Part shown: one piece after another, positions 28,901-40,500 of the stretch | Numbering within the stretch: position 1 is the first letter of the stretch | Layout of the letters: each line of letters begins with the position of its first letter | DNA from: Candidatus Eiseniibacteriota bacterium | Lineage (GTDB): Bacteria; Eisenbacteria; RBG-16-71-46; CAZAMP01 | Direction: 5' to 3' | NCBI GenBank assembly: GCA_965224245.1 | Contig: OZ245046.1 | Location: forward strand, 928,001-992,000 | Length of the DNA stretch: 64,000 bases | Program-made: the position numbers and the translations under genes | The notes under the pieces: generated by a model | Database searches by the model: none | The model's input: the letters and a program-made list of their open reading frames with translations, nothing else | Told to the model about the DNA's origin: nothing

Positions 28901-29253
28901 ATCACGCGGGCAACGAGGGCGAGGCGGCGAGCGTGGAAGGGACGCTGCTCTCATCGCCGGACGCATCGATCCCGACGGTGTACGCGCTGTCCCCGCCGGG
29001 CCCGAACCCGTTCCGTGGCCGGGCGGCCATGACGTTCGCGCTGCCCGAAGCGGGGAAGGTGCGGCTCGCGATCTACGACGCGAGCGGTCGCGCGGTACGG
29101 ACCCTGGCGAATGGGACGCACGGGGCGGCCGTCCATCGTGTGGTCTGGGATGCTCGCGATGACGGCGGCCGGCTGGTGGGTCCGGGTGTTTACTTCGCTC
29201 GGATCTCGGCGGGGGCGTACGAGGCCGATCGTCGTCTCACCGTGATCCGTTAG
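25909..29253 (+). CDS. Exported LVIVD-repeat protein (14 repeats) with FN3-like module and FlgD-Ig CTD
   Basis: AAGGAAG RBS, ATG 25909, signal ending GSARA; 14 repeats of about 42 aa (YDTPG.A.GVTVAGDLAFVAD..SGLQIVDITDPSAP); CTD GPNPFR...GVYFARI. Confidence 0.9.
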   Translation: MRMVHRDPERIDAVLALLTGCASVLVGLTITSLGLAGLPGSARAGSQSFTEDFTTTTFKDPVYTTADWDTVSGELKLLPFVPSLVGAYDTPGSAQGVTVAGGLALVADGSSGLQIVDITDPSAPTLVGTYDTPGFAQGVTVAGDLALLADGSSGLQIVDITDPSSPMLLGTYDTPDYAYGVTVAGDLAFVVDDQSGLQIVDITDPTAPTPVGSYDTPANAVGVTVAGDLAFVADYASGLQIVDITDPSSPTLVGTCDTSGFAQGVTVAGDLALVADGSSGLQIVDITDPSSPTSIGAYDTSGFALGVTVTGDVALVADDVSGLQLVDVTDPSAPTLIGTYDTSGSAYGVAVAGGRLAFVADDASGLRIVNVADTSPVTFVGAHDTPGRAYGVSVAGDLAFVADDTTGLQIVDIADPSSPTLVGTYDTPDLARGVTVAGDLAFVADGNAGLQIVDVTDPSAPTLVGVYDTPGFASNVTAAGDLALVAVGSSGLQIVDITDPSAPTLVGTYSTWQPILGVTVAGDLAFVAAYGNGLQIVDISNPSAPTLVGSHDTPGLAHGVAVAGDLAFVADYESGLQIVDITDPSAPTLVGTYDTPGRAHEVAVAGNLAFVADWDWLSGLQILDITDPSAPTLVGNYDSPDSPYAVTVAGDHAFVADRNSGLRIVEFAQHDWGTTIQNAGRSLVVDGADDAIVRARLTSTQLDGVPWIWELSSDTGENWTPIAPTSTWTRLTDPGSDLVWRSTQEVAGAVNPSVSELTIDWLNAFAPLLSITDVPDDQGRRVELSFTRSGYDFADEVELPVVGYAVYLRVDDEARAAEVVKDGAAPAPAELEGSPLDSYGASRVRALGDDRFVLGGDLARGSAFPPGVWESVAWVLPTQSDQYTRETFTFADSTSAGNHWSVFLTATHTSDPSIWFTSYPDSAYSVDNIPPSIPTGLALVGTELSWDSASESDFEYHSVYGSATAGFDGTAALIGYTVDPTYDVSSESYAFYHVTTTDHAGNEGEAASVEGTLLSSPDASIPTVYALSPPGPNPFRGRAAMTFALPEAGKVRLAIYDASGRAVRTLANGTHGAAVHRVVWDARDDGGRLVGPGVYFARISAGAYEADRRLTVIR

Positions 29254-29279
29254 AGGTTGAGGCAGGCAAGGGGCAGCGT

Positions 29280-29313
29280 TCGAGCCCCGGCCGGTGGACC
29301 GGTCGGGGCTCGA
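29280..29313. terminator. GC-rich hairpin between convergent genes
   Basis: TCGAGCCCCGGCCGGT-GG-ACCGGTCGGGGCTCGA; related hairpin at 50576-50613; no U-tract. Confidence 0.6.
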
Positions 29314-29357
29314 TGACATCTCTACTGCTCGGTTGCGACTGACGCTCGAGTGCGCCA

Positions 29358-32300
29358 CTACCTGACGATCACCAGTGTTCGCGAGTGGTCGGTGACACCG
29401 TTGCTCTCACGAAGGAAGTAGGTTCCGCTCGGTACCCTCACGCCCGAGCCATCCGTCCCGTCCCATGTGACGCGATGGAATGGAGGTCTGAACTTGCCCC
29501 GCGCCAGCGTCCGGATCTTGCGACCGCGCGGGTCGTAGATCGCGACCTCGGTTTCGACGACGGACCCATTCACGGTCGTGGTTGCGAACTCGACGGTGAG
29601 GATGCGTCCCCTGAACGGCGTTGGATAGGCGCGCAATCCCCCCGTGAACGACGGGCTCAGATCGGCTGACGCCTCCCCGAGATGGAATTCGTCACCTAGA
29701 CCGTTGATCGCAAAGAGGCGATACCTGTCGCCGTCTCTTCCCTCCGCGTCGTGATGGACCGACTCGCGTGTACGGGAAACGAGCGTGGAGTAGTCGCCCT
29801 GCGCCGGTCTCTTGTCGAGCCGGTAGCCGGCGAGATCCGGGGGACCGGGGTCCGTATCCCAGCTGATCGTCAACCCGGATCCGTTCTCGGGCCGATGGAC
29901 GCGCATGTTCAACAGTGCGATTGAAGTCTCGATCGTGAACAGGGAGTCGCTCTCCGACCTGGAGTACTGATAGACATGAGTACCGAAGTCGTTGGCATTC
30001 TCGCGACGTTCCACTCTGACGCGTGAGAACCTCGATGGCGTGTGTGGAACGACGAGATCGTGCGACCCACCCGATACGTTCGTGGCGATCGGCATGTAAG
30101 AGCTCCCGCCGTCAACCGAGAGCAAGATGTCCACGACACCAATGCCGTCCCACGTGACGGTTCGGGTCGATCCGACGGGCCAGATCATGCCGCCCGAAGG
30201 ACGCGACACCGCGATCGCCCCGGTCGTGTAGAGGAGATCGCCGTTCGTGTTGTCATAGTACACGGCGTGCGGAGCCATGTCGGAGCGCAGCGCGAGCGAG
30301 GTCCCCAGGCCGACGTCACCAGTTGCATCGATGGTTTCAATGACCCAGTTCGTGCCGGTCTTCACTGAGTACCTCAGGCTCAGGCCTGTTCCATCATAGT
30401 ATGCGATTCGTGGTTTCCCGGTGGCGTTCAGGGCGAGCGACGAGAACGCGCCGACGTCTCCAGCGGCGTCGACGACCTCTATCGCCCACGTCCCCTGATA
30501 CCTGGCTGCGTACTTGAGATCGCCGTTCGTCTCATCGTAGTAGCTCACATGCGGGTTGCCACTCGCGTCCAGCCGCAGCGATGTATGCAGACCCACTTCG
30601 CCGGGGACGTCAACCACCTCGGACGTCCAGAAGCCACCGTCCTTCACCGCGTAGTTCAGGTCGCCGGCCGCGCGATAGGAGACATGGGGTCGGCCCGCGT
30701 CATCGATCACGAGCGATGAATAGAGGCCTGAGCCAAGAGACGCATCCGCCGTCTCGGCACTCCATGCGCCTCCCGTCCTGTCGGCGTAGCGGAGGGTCAT
30801 GTTCGAGAGGTCGTAGTAGCTGATGTGCGGAACGCCGTTCGCGTCGAGTGCGAGCGAGGTGAACCAGCCGACGACTCCTGTCGTGTCTACCACCTCGAGC
30901 GTCCAGGCGCCGCCGGTGCCGGTCGCGTACTTGAGGTCGCCATTCGTGTCGTCGTAGTAGCTGATGTGTGCGACGCCATCGTCGTCCATCTCGAGCGAAG
31001 AGAAAGCTCCGACGTCGGCCCCGGCGTCCACCGTTTCAACTGACCATTCCCCTGCGGCTCGGCGCGCGTACTTGAGATCGAGGTTGGCCACGTCGTGGTA
31101 CGCGACATGAGGTGCGTCGCCATGAAGCGACAGAGAGGGGAGAAAGCCGACGAGTCCCGTCTCGTCGACGGACTCCCTCCACCATGGAGAGACCCGATTG
31201 GGAACGATCGCGAACGTCTCAGACGTGGAGGAAGAGTACGGGGTGCTCCGAACGACCTTCACCCTCGCGCTGGAGGTCGCCGTCCCCGGCACGTCGATCA
31301 ACACGCTGCCGCCGCTCACACTGGAGATCGCGGTCGTGTACTCGGCACCACCGTCCAGGGAGAGCAGGATGTCGACGGTGCCCGTGCCGTCCCACGCAAC
31401 CATGCCCCGCCCGCCCCGGAGCCACGCATCGCCGTTGCCGGGCGACGTCAGCTGGATCGACGAACTCGCGAGCTTGAGTGCTCCGTTGGTGTTGTCGTGG
31501 TAGGCAATCGATGGGTTGCCGTGGGCATCGAGCGCCAGCGACGTCTGAAGGCCGACGACACCGATGGCATCGACTACCTCGATGCTCCAGTCTCCGTCGA
31601 TCAGCGCGGCGTACTTCACGTCTTGATCGGCGATGTAGTAGTAGCTGATCCGCGGCTCGCCAAGCGGAGACAAGACGAGTGAAGAAGCGGTGCCGACACT
31701 CGAGAAGCCGTCGACCGTCTCCAGCGGCCAGGTGGCCCCATCCTTCCAGGCGTACATCAGGTCGTCGGAGCCTTCGTTGAAGTACGTGATGTGCGGTCTG
31801 CCCCACGCATCCACGGCGATCGAGGTGTGTGCGCCCACCTGTGCCGATGAATCGACGGTCTCGCTCATCCAGACCCCATCGTGCATGACGGCATGCTTGA
31901 GGTTGTAGTTCGTGATGTCGAGGTAAGCGATGTGTGGAGTGCCGTGGTTGTCGAGCGCGAGGGACGACCAGGATCCGACGTGGCCGGTGGTGTCCACCGC
32001 CTCGGTTGCCCAGATCCCGTTCGACTTGAAGGCGTATCTGAGATCACTGCTGTCGCCATCGTAGTACGAGATGTGGATGTTGTCGTCGGCATCAACCGCC
32101 AGAGACGTGTGGTTGTACACGAAGCTTGCGTCAACCGTCTCCACCGTCCATACACCGCGCCGCCGTGAGGCATACTTGAGGTTGAAGTTGTCGAAGTCCT
32201 CGTAGCTCACGTGGAGGTCTCCATGGGAGTCCAGCGCCAGTGAGGAGTACTGCCCTACGAACGCCGCGCTGTCGATGGTCTCGAAGGTCCACACCCCCGC

Positions 32301-32525
32301 CGCCTTTCTCCCGTACTCGAGGGTGTTGCCGTTACCCACGTACGCGACATGGAAACGGCCCTCGTCATCGATGAGCAGGGACGGAAACTGGCCCGTGGTG
32401 AGGCCGTCCGCGTCCACGGTCTCGACCTGGAACGGAGTCGCCGGGAAGACGAGTGCGGGTGACGCGATGATCAGCGCCAGAGTCAGTAGTGTGACGGAAC
32501 TGTCGAGTCGGGGGAAGCGGGACAT
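29358..32525 (-). CDS. Exported double 7-bladed beta-propeller protein + Ig-like + FN3-like + FlgD-Ig CTD; paralog of 9670-12840
   Basis: GGGAG RBS, signal peptide, 7+7 E[TV]VD..G.VG..SSLALD..G.PHISYYD repeats; shares HTPSRFS.VRVERRE.ANDFGT and WDTDPGP.DL.GYRLDK with its paralog. Confidence 0.9.
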   Translation of the reverse strand: MSRFPRLDSSVTLLTLALIIASPALVFPATPFQVETVDADGLTTGQFPSLLIDDEGRFHVAYVGNGNTLEYGRKAAGVWTFETIDSAAFVGQYSSLALDSHGDLHVSYEDFDNFNLKYASRRRGVWTVETVDASFVYNHTSLAVDADDNIHISYYDGDSSDLRYAFKSNGIWATEAVDTTGHVGSWSSLALDNHGTPHIAYLDITNYNLKHAVMHDGVWMSETVDSSAQVGAHTSIAVDAWGRPHITYFNEGSDDLMYAWKDGATWPLETVDGFSSVGTASSLVLSPLGEPRISYYYIADQDVKYAALIDGDWSIEVVDAIGVVGLQTSLALDAHGNPSIAYHDNTNGALKLASSSIQLTSPGNGDAWLRGGRGMVAWDGTGTVDILLSLDGGAEYTTAISSVSGGSVLIDVPGTATSSARVKVVRSTPYSSSTSETFAIVPNRVSPWWRESVDETGLVGFLPSLSLHGDAPHVAYHDVANLDLKYARRAAGEWSVETVDAGADVGAFSSLEMDDDGVAHISYYDDTNGDLKYATGTGGAWTLEVVDTTGVVGWFTSLALDANGVPHISYYDLSNMTLRYADRTGGAWSAETADASLGSGLYSSLVIDDAGRPHVSYRAAGDLNYAVKDGGFWTSEVVDVPGEVGLHTSLRLDASGNPHVSYYDETNGDLKYAARYQGTWAIEVVDAAGDVGAFSSLALNATGKPRIAYYDGTGLSLRYSVKTGTNWVIETIDATGDVGLGTSLALRSDMAPHAVYYDNTNGDLLYTTGAIAVSRPSGGMIWPVGSTRTVTWDGIGVVDILLSVDGGSSYMPIATNVSGGSHDLVVPHTPSRFSRVRVERRENANDFGTHVYQYSRSESDSLFTIETSIALLNMRVHRPENGSGLTISWDTDPGPPDLAGYRLDKRPAQGDYSTLVSRTRESVHHDAEGRDGDRYRLFAINGLGDEFHLGEASADLSPSFTGGLRAYPTPFRGRILTVEFATTTVNGSVVETEVAIYDPRGRKIRTLARGKFRPPFHRVTWDGTDGSGVRVPSGTYFLRESNGVTDHSRTLVIVR

Positions 32526-32880
32526 GTACGCTCCCTTCGCCTTGGATCGGTTCCATGCGCGATCGAAGCGACCGCCGTTACGTGGAAGCCGCAGGCAGAA
32601 ACCACGAGGCCAGGACGATATCGATTATACCCGAATGCCCGGAGGATGGTCAGACGCGGCCCTCCCAACCGATCCGATCACGACGACGTGCCCTTTCGGC
32701 ATGCGACCGACTCGAGGTGTGGGCGTTCGGCGCTTTCCCGAGCCCAGGGGAGCGGCCAGAGAGGAGAAGTCCCGGGGGCCGGAGCGTTCTCTCGCTCCTC
32801 GACCGACAGACGCTCGACCCCGGGGAACGCGGCCGCTCGAGACCCGGCATCAAGCCAGGTCAGCTTGGAGGCTCCGCAAG

Positions 32881-33131
32881 ATGAGGAACTCGGATCGCAT
32901 TCTCGGCTTCGGGTCCGCTCTGGTGGTGGTCCTCTCCTTCGGGATGGTCGGGAGCTCACATGCACAGCTGCTGAACGGAGCTTCGAGGATCCGGATGCCT
33001 CCGAAGGTGGGATCTGGACTCCCTTCCCATGCTCACGGGGCGCCCCATTCTCGGAGGGGCAGGTGCCTTCGGCGCTCGCGAGACCGGAGGCATCGATGTC
33101 ACGGATACCCGGTTCTCGCGTCGTGGCTTGA
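32881..33131 (+). pseudogene. Frameshifted relic of an exported protein
   Basis: GGAGG upstream, signal peptide MRNSDRILGFGSALVVVLSFGMVGSSHA-QLLNG; continues as SFEDPDASEGG only after a frame change near 32980, then degrades. Confidence 0.5.
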
Positions 33132-33289
33132 ATGTTCCCGCACGAGGCGCACAGCTCTCACGGACCTCGGGGAGGACTCGTGTGGAGGCGACATGAGGAT
33201 CATCCTGCTCGAGGAACGACGCATCGCGGTGCGATCGAAATCGCTGGCGGGTCTCGATCACACCGCGACGCCGGTTCACGGTCGCGCAT

Positions 33290-36200
33290 CTACTTCAGCA
33301 GCGACATCTTCCGCAGGATGATCTCGTCTCCAGCCTCGAATCGCGTGATGTAGACGCCGCTTCCCAGCTCGCGACCAGTATCGTCGCGGCCGTCCCAGGA
33401 CGTCACGTAGCGACCCGCCGCGAGGCGCTCATCGACGAGAGTTCGTACCCGGCGGCCGGTCACGTCGAAGATGACGAGTGATGCATCCGCATCCACGGAC
33501 AGACCGAACTCGATGCGCGTCGTCGGATTGAACGGGTTCGGGTAGTTCCGTATCAGGACGAACTCCGGTATCGACTCCTCCAAGACGCCGACGGGCCCGC
33601 TGCTTCCAGTGCACGCGACGTCAGTACACGCCTCCGTGCCGAGCTCGATCGTGCAGGCGAAGTCACCCACGTCGGTGGGCGTGAAGCGAACCTCGACGAC
33701 CAGCGAGTCGTTCGTGCCGAGCTCGAAGGACCCGTCTCCAGTCACGATGCTGAATGGATCGCAGCTCTCACTGACGGTGCCGCTCAGCAGGCCGTAGCCA
33801 CTGTTCCGGATCGTGAATGCCACCGTCAGCGAATCGCCCACCTCGACCGTGCCGAAGTCCAGGGTCTCGGGCTCGACGCTGCAGATGGGCGGCGGCGGCT
33901 CCTCGAACACCCTCACCGTGATCTCCTCCTCATCAAGGAGAGGTGGGGTGCCGTCGTCGGTGACGCGCACGGCGAAGGTGTACTCGCCGGGCGCCTGACC
34001 GGCCACGGGCGTCCAGCTGAACACGCCGGTCGTGGGATCGATGCTGGCTCCCGTGGGCACCGCCCCCTCGAGGCTGAACACGAGCGTGTTCACCGGTGAG
34101 TTGCCGGCGGTGGCGATCTCGAGGCCGGCGCCTCCGTTGTACATCTCCGCGATCTCAGCGGGCGACAGGGCGCGGTTCCAGACCGCCACGTCGTCCATCC
34201 CTCCCTGGTAGTAGTTCGCGTTGGGTGTCTTGAGGCCGAGATACTCGGGTGTGAACGTGTCGGGGATCGTTCCCGTCGCGATCAGCTCCGCGTTTCGATA
34301 CACCATCACGGCGTCACCGCTTCGCGTGGTCGTGAACAGCTGCCAGAGATCGTTGACGAAGTCGGGCTCCGAGGTCATCACCGTCGTCACGTTGTTCCAC
34401 TTGGCGCGAACCCCATCTGCCTCCAACCGCAGCCAATCCGCGTTGGCCCCGTCGCCAAACACGATGGCCGAGCTGCTGGTGAGCGAATCGACGTTCTGGG
34501 GCGCGACCCAGGCCGAGACCGAGAAGTCGCGTGCGAGGGACATGTCGCCGAAGTCCACGTAGTCGTCGGCGCCGTCCAGCTGCAGAGCACCGCCTCCGAG
34601 GACGAACTCGCCCGGGAGCTGGCTGACGGACGCCCCGTTGATCGGCGTTCCGTCGTGGGTTCCCGTCCCACTGGCAAAGGTGGAGTCGAAGGGCCAGTGG
34701 GCGACCAGCCCATCGGAAAGCCCGACCAGGAGGTCCGAATCGCTCGCCGTGGCCGTGAACGTCAATTCGGTATCCAGCACCGCGACCTGGTCCCCGATGG
34801 GGTCGAGCGCCGGGGCCGTGTTGACCTCGGTAACGGTGACGAGGACGGTCTCCTCGTCCGCCAGCGGCGGCGACCCATCATCCTCCACGCGCACGACGAC
34901 GGTGTAGACGCCGGCCCCCTGGCTTTCTGACGGGATCCAGGTGAACACCCCGGTCACCGGATCGATCGCCATGCCGGCGATCTCCGCGCCTCCGAGGCTG
35001 TAGGTCAAGAAGTTGGCGGGAATGTCGGGATCCACCGTGGTTGCGGTGAACGTGAGGAGCGTCTCCTCCGCGATCTCCTGATCCGGGATGACGTCGATCA
35101 CCGGCGGTCGGTTGACCTCGTTGACGGTGACCGTGAAGTCCTCGGTGTCGAACAGGCTCTCGTCGCCTGAATCCGTCGCCTTGACCGTGAGCGGATACAG
35201 CGCTGGGCCCTGGGTCTCATCGGGCGTCCAGTCGAACACGCCGGTGACGGGTTCGATGCTGGCACCGGCAGGCACCACGCCCTCCAGGGAGAAGACCACC
35301 GATCCATCGCTCTCCTCGAGGACGACGCGACCGTTCCCGTCGTTGTAGAGCGCGTCGACCTCTGCGGGGTCGAGCGCCCGGGACCAGATCGCCATGTCGT
35401 CCACGATGCCCCCGTAGAAGTTGCCGCCGGAGATCTTGCAGCCAATGTACTCGGGCGTGAAGGGCTGGGTGTGCGTGAACGTCGTGACCACGGTGTTGTC
35501 CCGATACACCGTGACGAGACTGCCACTTCTCACCAGCACGAAGTGCTGCCAGATCCCATTGGTGAAGTCCGGCTCGGTCGTGCCGACGACCGTCGTTCCG
35601 CTCCACTTCGCCCGGACGCCCTCGAGCTCCAGGCGCAGCCAGTCGAGGTTGTCCAGGTCACCGAGCAGGACGCCGTTGGCGCCGCCGGCCGTGCCGCTCT
35701 GGATGGCCTCGGGCATGAGCCAGGCCGAGATGCTCAGATCTCCCGTGAGCGCGACGTCGCCGACGTCGAGGTAGTCACCCACCCCGTCGAGATAGAGTGC
35801 GCCGGCTCCCAGCTTGATGTCGGTCGTGATGATTCCGGGATCCCCGACGCCCGTACCGTGGTGGTTTCCGGTGACGTCTTCATAGCCCGTGTCGAAGGGC
35901 CAGTACGCGGCCAGGCTCTGGCTGAAGTCGGGATCGAGCACGACCATGCCGTCGCCGCCGTTGTACAGAGCATCAACCTCGGAGACATCCAGCGCGCGCG
36001 ACCAGATGGCCAGGTCGTCCATGGTGCCCTGGTAGAAGTTGCCGCCGGAGATCTTGCAGCCAATGTACTCGGGCGTGAACGGCTGGGTATGTGTGAACGT
36101 CGTGACCACGGCGTTGTCACGATACACGGTGACGAGACTGCCGCTTCTGACGAGCACGAAGTGCTGCCAGGCCCCGTTGGTGAAGTCCGGTTCGGTCGTG

Positions 36201-36913
36201 CCGACGACCGTCGATCCGTTCCACTTCGCCCGGACGCCTTCGAGCTCCAGGCGCAACCAGTCGAGGTTGTCCAGGTCACCTAGCAGGACGCCGTTGGCTC
36301 CGCCGGTCGTGCCGCTCTGGATGGCCTCGGGCTTGATCCAGACCGAGATGCTCAGGTCTCCCGTGAGCGCGATGTCGCCAACGTCGAGGTAGTCACCCAC
36401 GCCGTCGAGATACAGCGCGCCGATGCCCAGCTTGGTGTCGCTCGTGACGATCTCCGGATCGCCCACGCCGGTCCCGTCGTGGCCGCCGGTGGCATCCTCA
36501 TAGCCCAGGTCGAAAGGATAGTAAGCCTCGAGGCCATTGGAGAGATCCGAGCCGGAGTTGCCAGCGAGAGTGACGAGAAAGGACAGGTTCTCCTCCTCGT
36601 CCACGATCTTGTCCTCGATGGGATCGATCACCGGCGCGATGGGACCGCCGTCCTCGACCGTCACGGTGATCGTCTCCTCATCGAAGTAGGAGGGCACGCC
36701 GTCGTCGGTGACGCGAACCGTGAACGTGTACTCACCCGGCGTCTGCCCCGCATCGGGAACCCAGCTGAATACGCCGCTCGACGCACCGATGCTCGCACCC
36801 GCGGGTACGTCGCCTTCGAGGCCGAAGGTGAGGACGTTCAGCGGCGTGCCGCCGATGTCGCCGATGGCGAGACCGCTGCCGCCATTGTAGAGGATGGCCA
36901 GTTCCTCGTCGCC
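33290..36913 (-). pseudogene. 5'-truncated large adhesin: LamG-like jellyrolls + cadherin/putative-Ig repeats + ASH-like Ig + FlgD-Ig CTD
   Basis: ORF 33290-36697 stays open upstream as GDEELAILYNGGSG...FTVRVTDDG to about 36913 (in-frame TGA 36935-36937), with no start or signal peptide. Three full LamG domains (DD[LMV]A[IV]W.RAL...LYN.G); NYPNPFNPTTRIEF CTD. Confidence 0.8.
35341..36530. repeat. Recent tandem duplication of a LamG domain (period 618 nt)
   Basis: Long identical stretches such as GATCTTGCAGCCAATGTACTCGGGCGTGAA recur 618 nt apart; protein GVLLGDLDNLDWLRLELEGVRAKW occurs twice. Confidence 0.85.
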
Positions 36914-36914
36914 G

Positions 36915-37394
36915 CGGTGCCGTCTCGGAGCGGTTCATGCAGCTCTGGTGGTCGTGGCCTCCCTGATGGGCGGCGGGGTCTCGGCGACGAACAAGCACAT
37001 CGAGGACTTCACGACCACCGCATACATGGACAGCAGTACGACGGCCCACTGGGACACCGACGCTCAGAAGCTCCATCTGTGGGAATTCCAGATGACCGAG
37101 CTCGGAAGCTACGCCACCGCCGCAGGCTCCTCACCGGATGTAGTCATGCACGGGGGGTATGCCTACTTCATCGACCAGACGGGTCTCACGATCTTCGACA
37201 TCAGCGATCGGGCGAATCCGACGCCGATTGGCAATCTCCCGCTCGGCGGCGAGGGCGTCGGTGTGTTCGTGTCCGGGACGAGGGCACTCGTCGCCGACGG
37301 GTCCTGGGGCCTACGGATCGTCAACGTCAGTGATCCAACATCCCCGACGCTCATCAGTACCTACAACACCACCAGTTTCGCGATCTGGAGTTGA
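36915..37394 (+). pseudogene. Fragment of an LVIVD-repeat exported protein, truncated at both ends
   Basis: Partial signal AALVVVASLMGGGVSA, EDFTTTAYMD..TTAHWDT module (as in 25909 and 63049), two LVIVD repeats, then stop inside an IS-like end. Confidence 0.75.
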
Positions 37395-37440
37395 CCCGGC
37401 TTCGTGGACACCGAACCACTACGATGTGGCCAGGAGGTCC
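37386..37440 (+). mobile_element. IS3-family terminal inverted-repeat relic
   Basis: TGGAGTTGACCCGGCTTCGTGGACACC resembles IS3-type ends and starts exactly where LVIVD homology breaks off. Confidence 0.5.
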
Positions 37441-37505
37441 TCGATCGAGCGGATCGCGGCGCATCGGACCACGATCGGTCCCGAGGCTCCGACGACCTGC
37501 TCACT

Positions 37506-40500
37506 TCACCGTACCACCACCAGGCGCAGCTGGGTGCTCGCGCCCGCGCTCAACGCACGCAGGAAGTACACCCCACCCGGAACGAAGTTGCCCGACTCGT
37601 CCTGTCCATCCCAGGTCACTGACCTGTATCCGGCCTCATAGACGCCACGAGCAATCGTGCGCACGTGGCGGCCCCGCACGTCGTAGACGGACACGTCGGC
37701 CGCCCCCGCTCCCCCTCCGCGTCCGCTGGAGGTGGCAAACGATACGTTCAGGTCTCCGCCTCGGTACGGAAGTGGCCATGCGGCGAGTGTCGCTCGTGGG
37801 CCAAACACGGTCTCGCCCAGCAATTGCTCCTCGCCCAGGCCGTTGATGCCGACCAGGCGGTAACGCATGCCCACGGTGCCGCCCGGATCGTGGTACACGG
37901 TTTCACGGATCAGCGATGTGAGCACGGTCCAGACGTCGGGGCCCACGGGAGAGCGCTCGACCTTGTAGCCGGCGAGGTCGTCGGGACCGGGCTCCGTCTC
38001 CCAGCTCAGGAGCACGCCGCCAGCGTCTCCGGGCGACGCCCGCATGCGCAGGAGTGCGATCGACGCCTCGATGGTGAACGATGCGTTCGTGGTCGCCTCT
38101 CCGCCGACGCTCGGATCGGAGGGGACCAGCCGTAGCTCCGCGAATCGCGTTGGAAGGTGCGGGACGCGCACGGAAGCGTGGTTGGACGGTGAGCCGCCAA
38201 CACCCGAGAGGAGCGTGCGGTAGGTCGAACCGCCGTCGAGAGAAAGCTCGATGTCGGCCGTCTCTGCACCTTTCCAGAACATGTGCGCAAGCGATCCGAC
38301 GTTCCAGGTCTCGCCACCGGTGGGTGAATCGAGATGGAAGCGATTGAGATCCATCACGCCTACCCGTCCCTCACCGACATCCGGTCTGGCGAGCAGAACG
38401 TCGGCGAAGCCATCGCCGACGTGATCGCCACCACTGCCCACTCGATCGCCGAGTCGATCCCCGGGGGAGCCGAACCAGGTCAAGTCGGGCTCACCGTTCA
38501 TGTCGGGACCGCCAAAGAACACATCCACGCGCCCGGCATCGAGGCCCGCGACATCGGAAGCTCCGGACCCGACGACCAGGTCGCCAAAGCCATCGCCATT
38601 GAGGTCGGGGTGAATCGTCAACGCCTCGCCGAAACCATCGCCCGCGAGGCGTCCCGAGATTTCGAACGCCGGTACGTCGATTAGCTCGGGGGCTCCGTGG
38701 TAGACGTAGACACGGCCCGCATCCACGTCGAACTGGTCGTCGGCCGGCGCGCCGATGGCAAAGTCCGGGAAGCCGTCTCCATTCAGGTCGCCGCCTGCGC
38801 CGAGAGCATCTGCGAAGCCAATGCCGGCGATGGGCTCGTCGAGGACCAGGCTGTGTTGGCGGCCGCCGGAGTCGAAGCCGAGAAGGACATGGGCCTCGTT
38901 CTGATTGAGGTCCCGACCGAGGATGTCGTCGAAGCCGTCCCCGTTCACGTCGCCCAGCGCCACGATGCCGCGGATCGGTCTGTCGAAGTCCACGGTGGTA
39001 TCGACGGTGGGGCCGCCGTGGTAAACGAACATCCCTTCGTCGTCCGGTTCGACCGCTCCGAAGTCCTCGAAGCCGTCGCCGTTGAAGTCGCCCACTGAGC
39101 CGACCTCGGTGCCGTACAGTGGCTGCATGCCGTCGGCGAACGTCAGATCCACCACGGGATCGAACGTCGGTCCTCCATAGTAGACGTTCATGGCACCGCC
39201 GCCTTCGGCTCCGGGAACGCCCACCAGCAGGTCGGGATGCCCGTCGGCGTTGACGTCCGCGCAGCCGACGTCGCGACCGAACCTGTCCCCGTCATCCACT
39301 CCGAGAAGCACGACGTCGGGAACATCGTCCAGCGCCGGTCCACCGAAGAAGACATGGACTGCGCCCGCATCGGTACCGCTGGTGTCGTCTTCCGGCGATC
39401 CGACCGCGAAGTCGTCATGGCCGTCGCCATTCAGATCGCGTACGTTGAGGATCGAGTCACCGAAGCGCGCGCCGGAGGAGGATCCTCGCGGCGTCGGTGA
39501 TCACACCAGGCACGGGGACGCGGGCCTCGTTTACCTCGTCTCCACCGACGCCGCCGAGCGCCGTGAACCAGCTGACGCCGTCAGTCGACAAGTCGACGTT
39601 TGCACGATCGTGCCCGCGCCAGCGGACGAGAACTTCGCCTCCCGCGAGAAGCGGGGCCCCGTCGTTGGGCGACAGGATCACGTACGGAAAGACAGACTCC
39701 ACGACGACCCGGCCGCTACTCTCATTGGGAGCGCTGAAGGCAATGTCGTCGTACCCGTCGCCGTTCATGTCCGGGACGCCGGCAAGCCCCGTACCCAGTT
39801 GCCCGTCCATTACCCGTCCGCGGAAGCCGAGCGCCGGGGTCGCCGAGGGCGGCGAGCCACCGAGGAAGAGGTCAGCGCTGCCAGCGTCGAGCATTGAGCC
39901 GAGGTCAAAGGACGACGCACCCACGAGGAAGTCCGCGTAGCCGTCGCGGTTCACGTCACCCGCCGCCGCTACGTGGCTACCGAAGCGCTGGCCCACATGG
40001 ACACCGTCGAACTGCTCTGCCGTTGTCGTGAAGAGGTCGGACGTTCCGTAGACGAGGGCCACGGACCCACTCCCTTTCCACTCGGGAACGCCGACGAGGA
40101 GGTCGTCGAAACCTTCGCCGTCGACATCCCCGGCCCAGGCCAGGGAGTACCCGTTATCGCCGCTTGCTTCGACACCGGACACATCCACGCCGCTCTCGAA
40201 GGTCGGGGAGCCCAGGTAGATCACCCAATAGTTGCTGCTCCAGTCGGACGCGGCGACGTCGCTGAAGCCGTCGGCGTTGTAGTCGCCGCCGCCTGCCACC
40301 ACCTCGCCGAAGGCCGCACCTCCCCCGGGTCCCAGCGCGAGAAAGTCGTTCACAGTATCGGGGTTTGGTCCGCCCTGATAACCGATGATGGCGCCCGTCG
40401 TGGAGTAGCCTGGTACGCCGACGATGATGTCGTCGTAACCGTCCCCGTTCATGTCGCCGGCGCCGTCTACGTCGATCCCGAGGAGGTCCCCCGTGCCGCC

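Noticed and set aside
39477-39490. GGATCCTCGCG at the FG-GAP deletion junction matching part of the 44522/47558 repeat
   Set aside because: It is only an 11-nt match, explained by Ala-Arg-Ile-Leu codons; the same word also occurs near 63088 without a junction.
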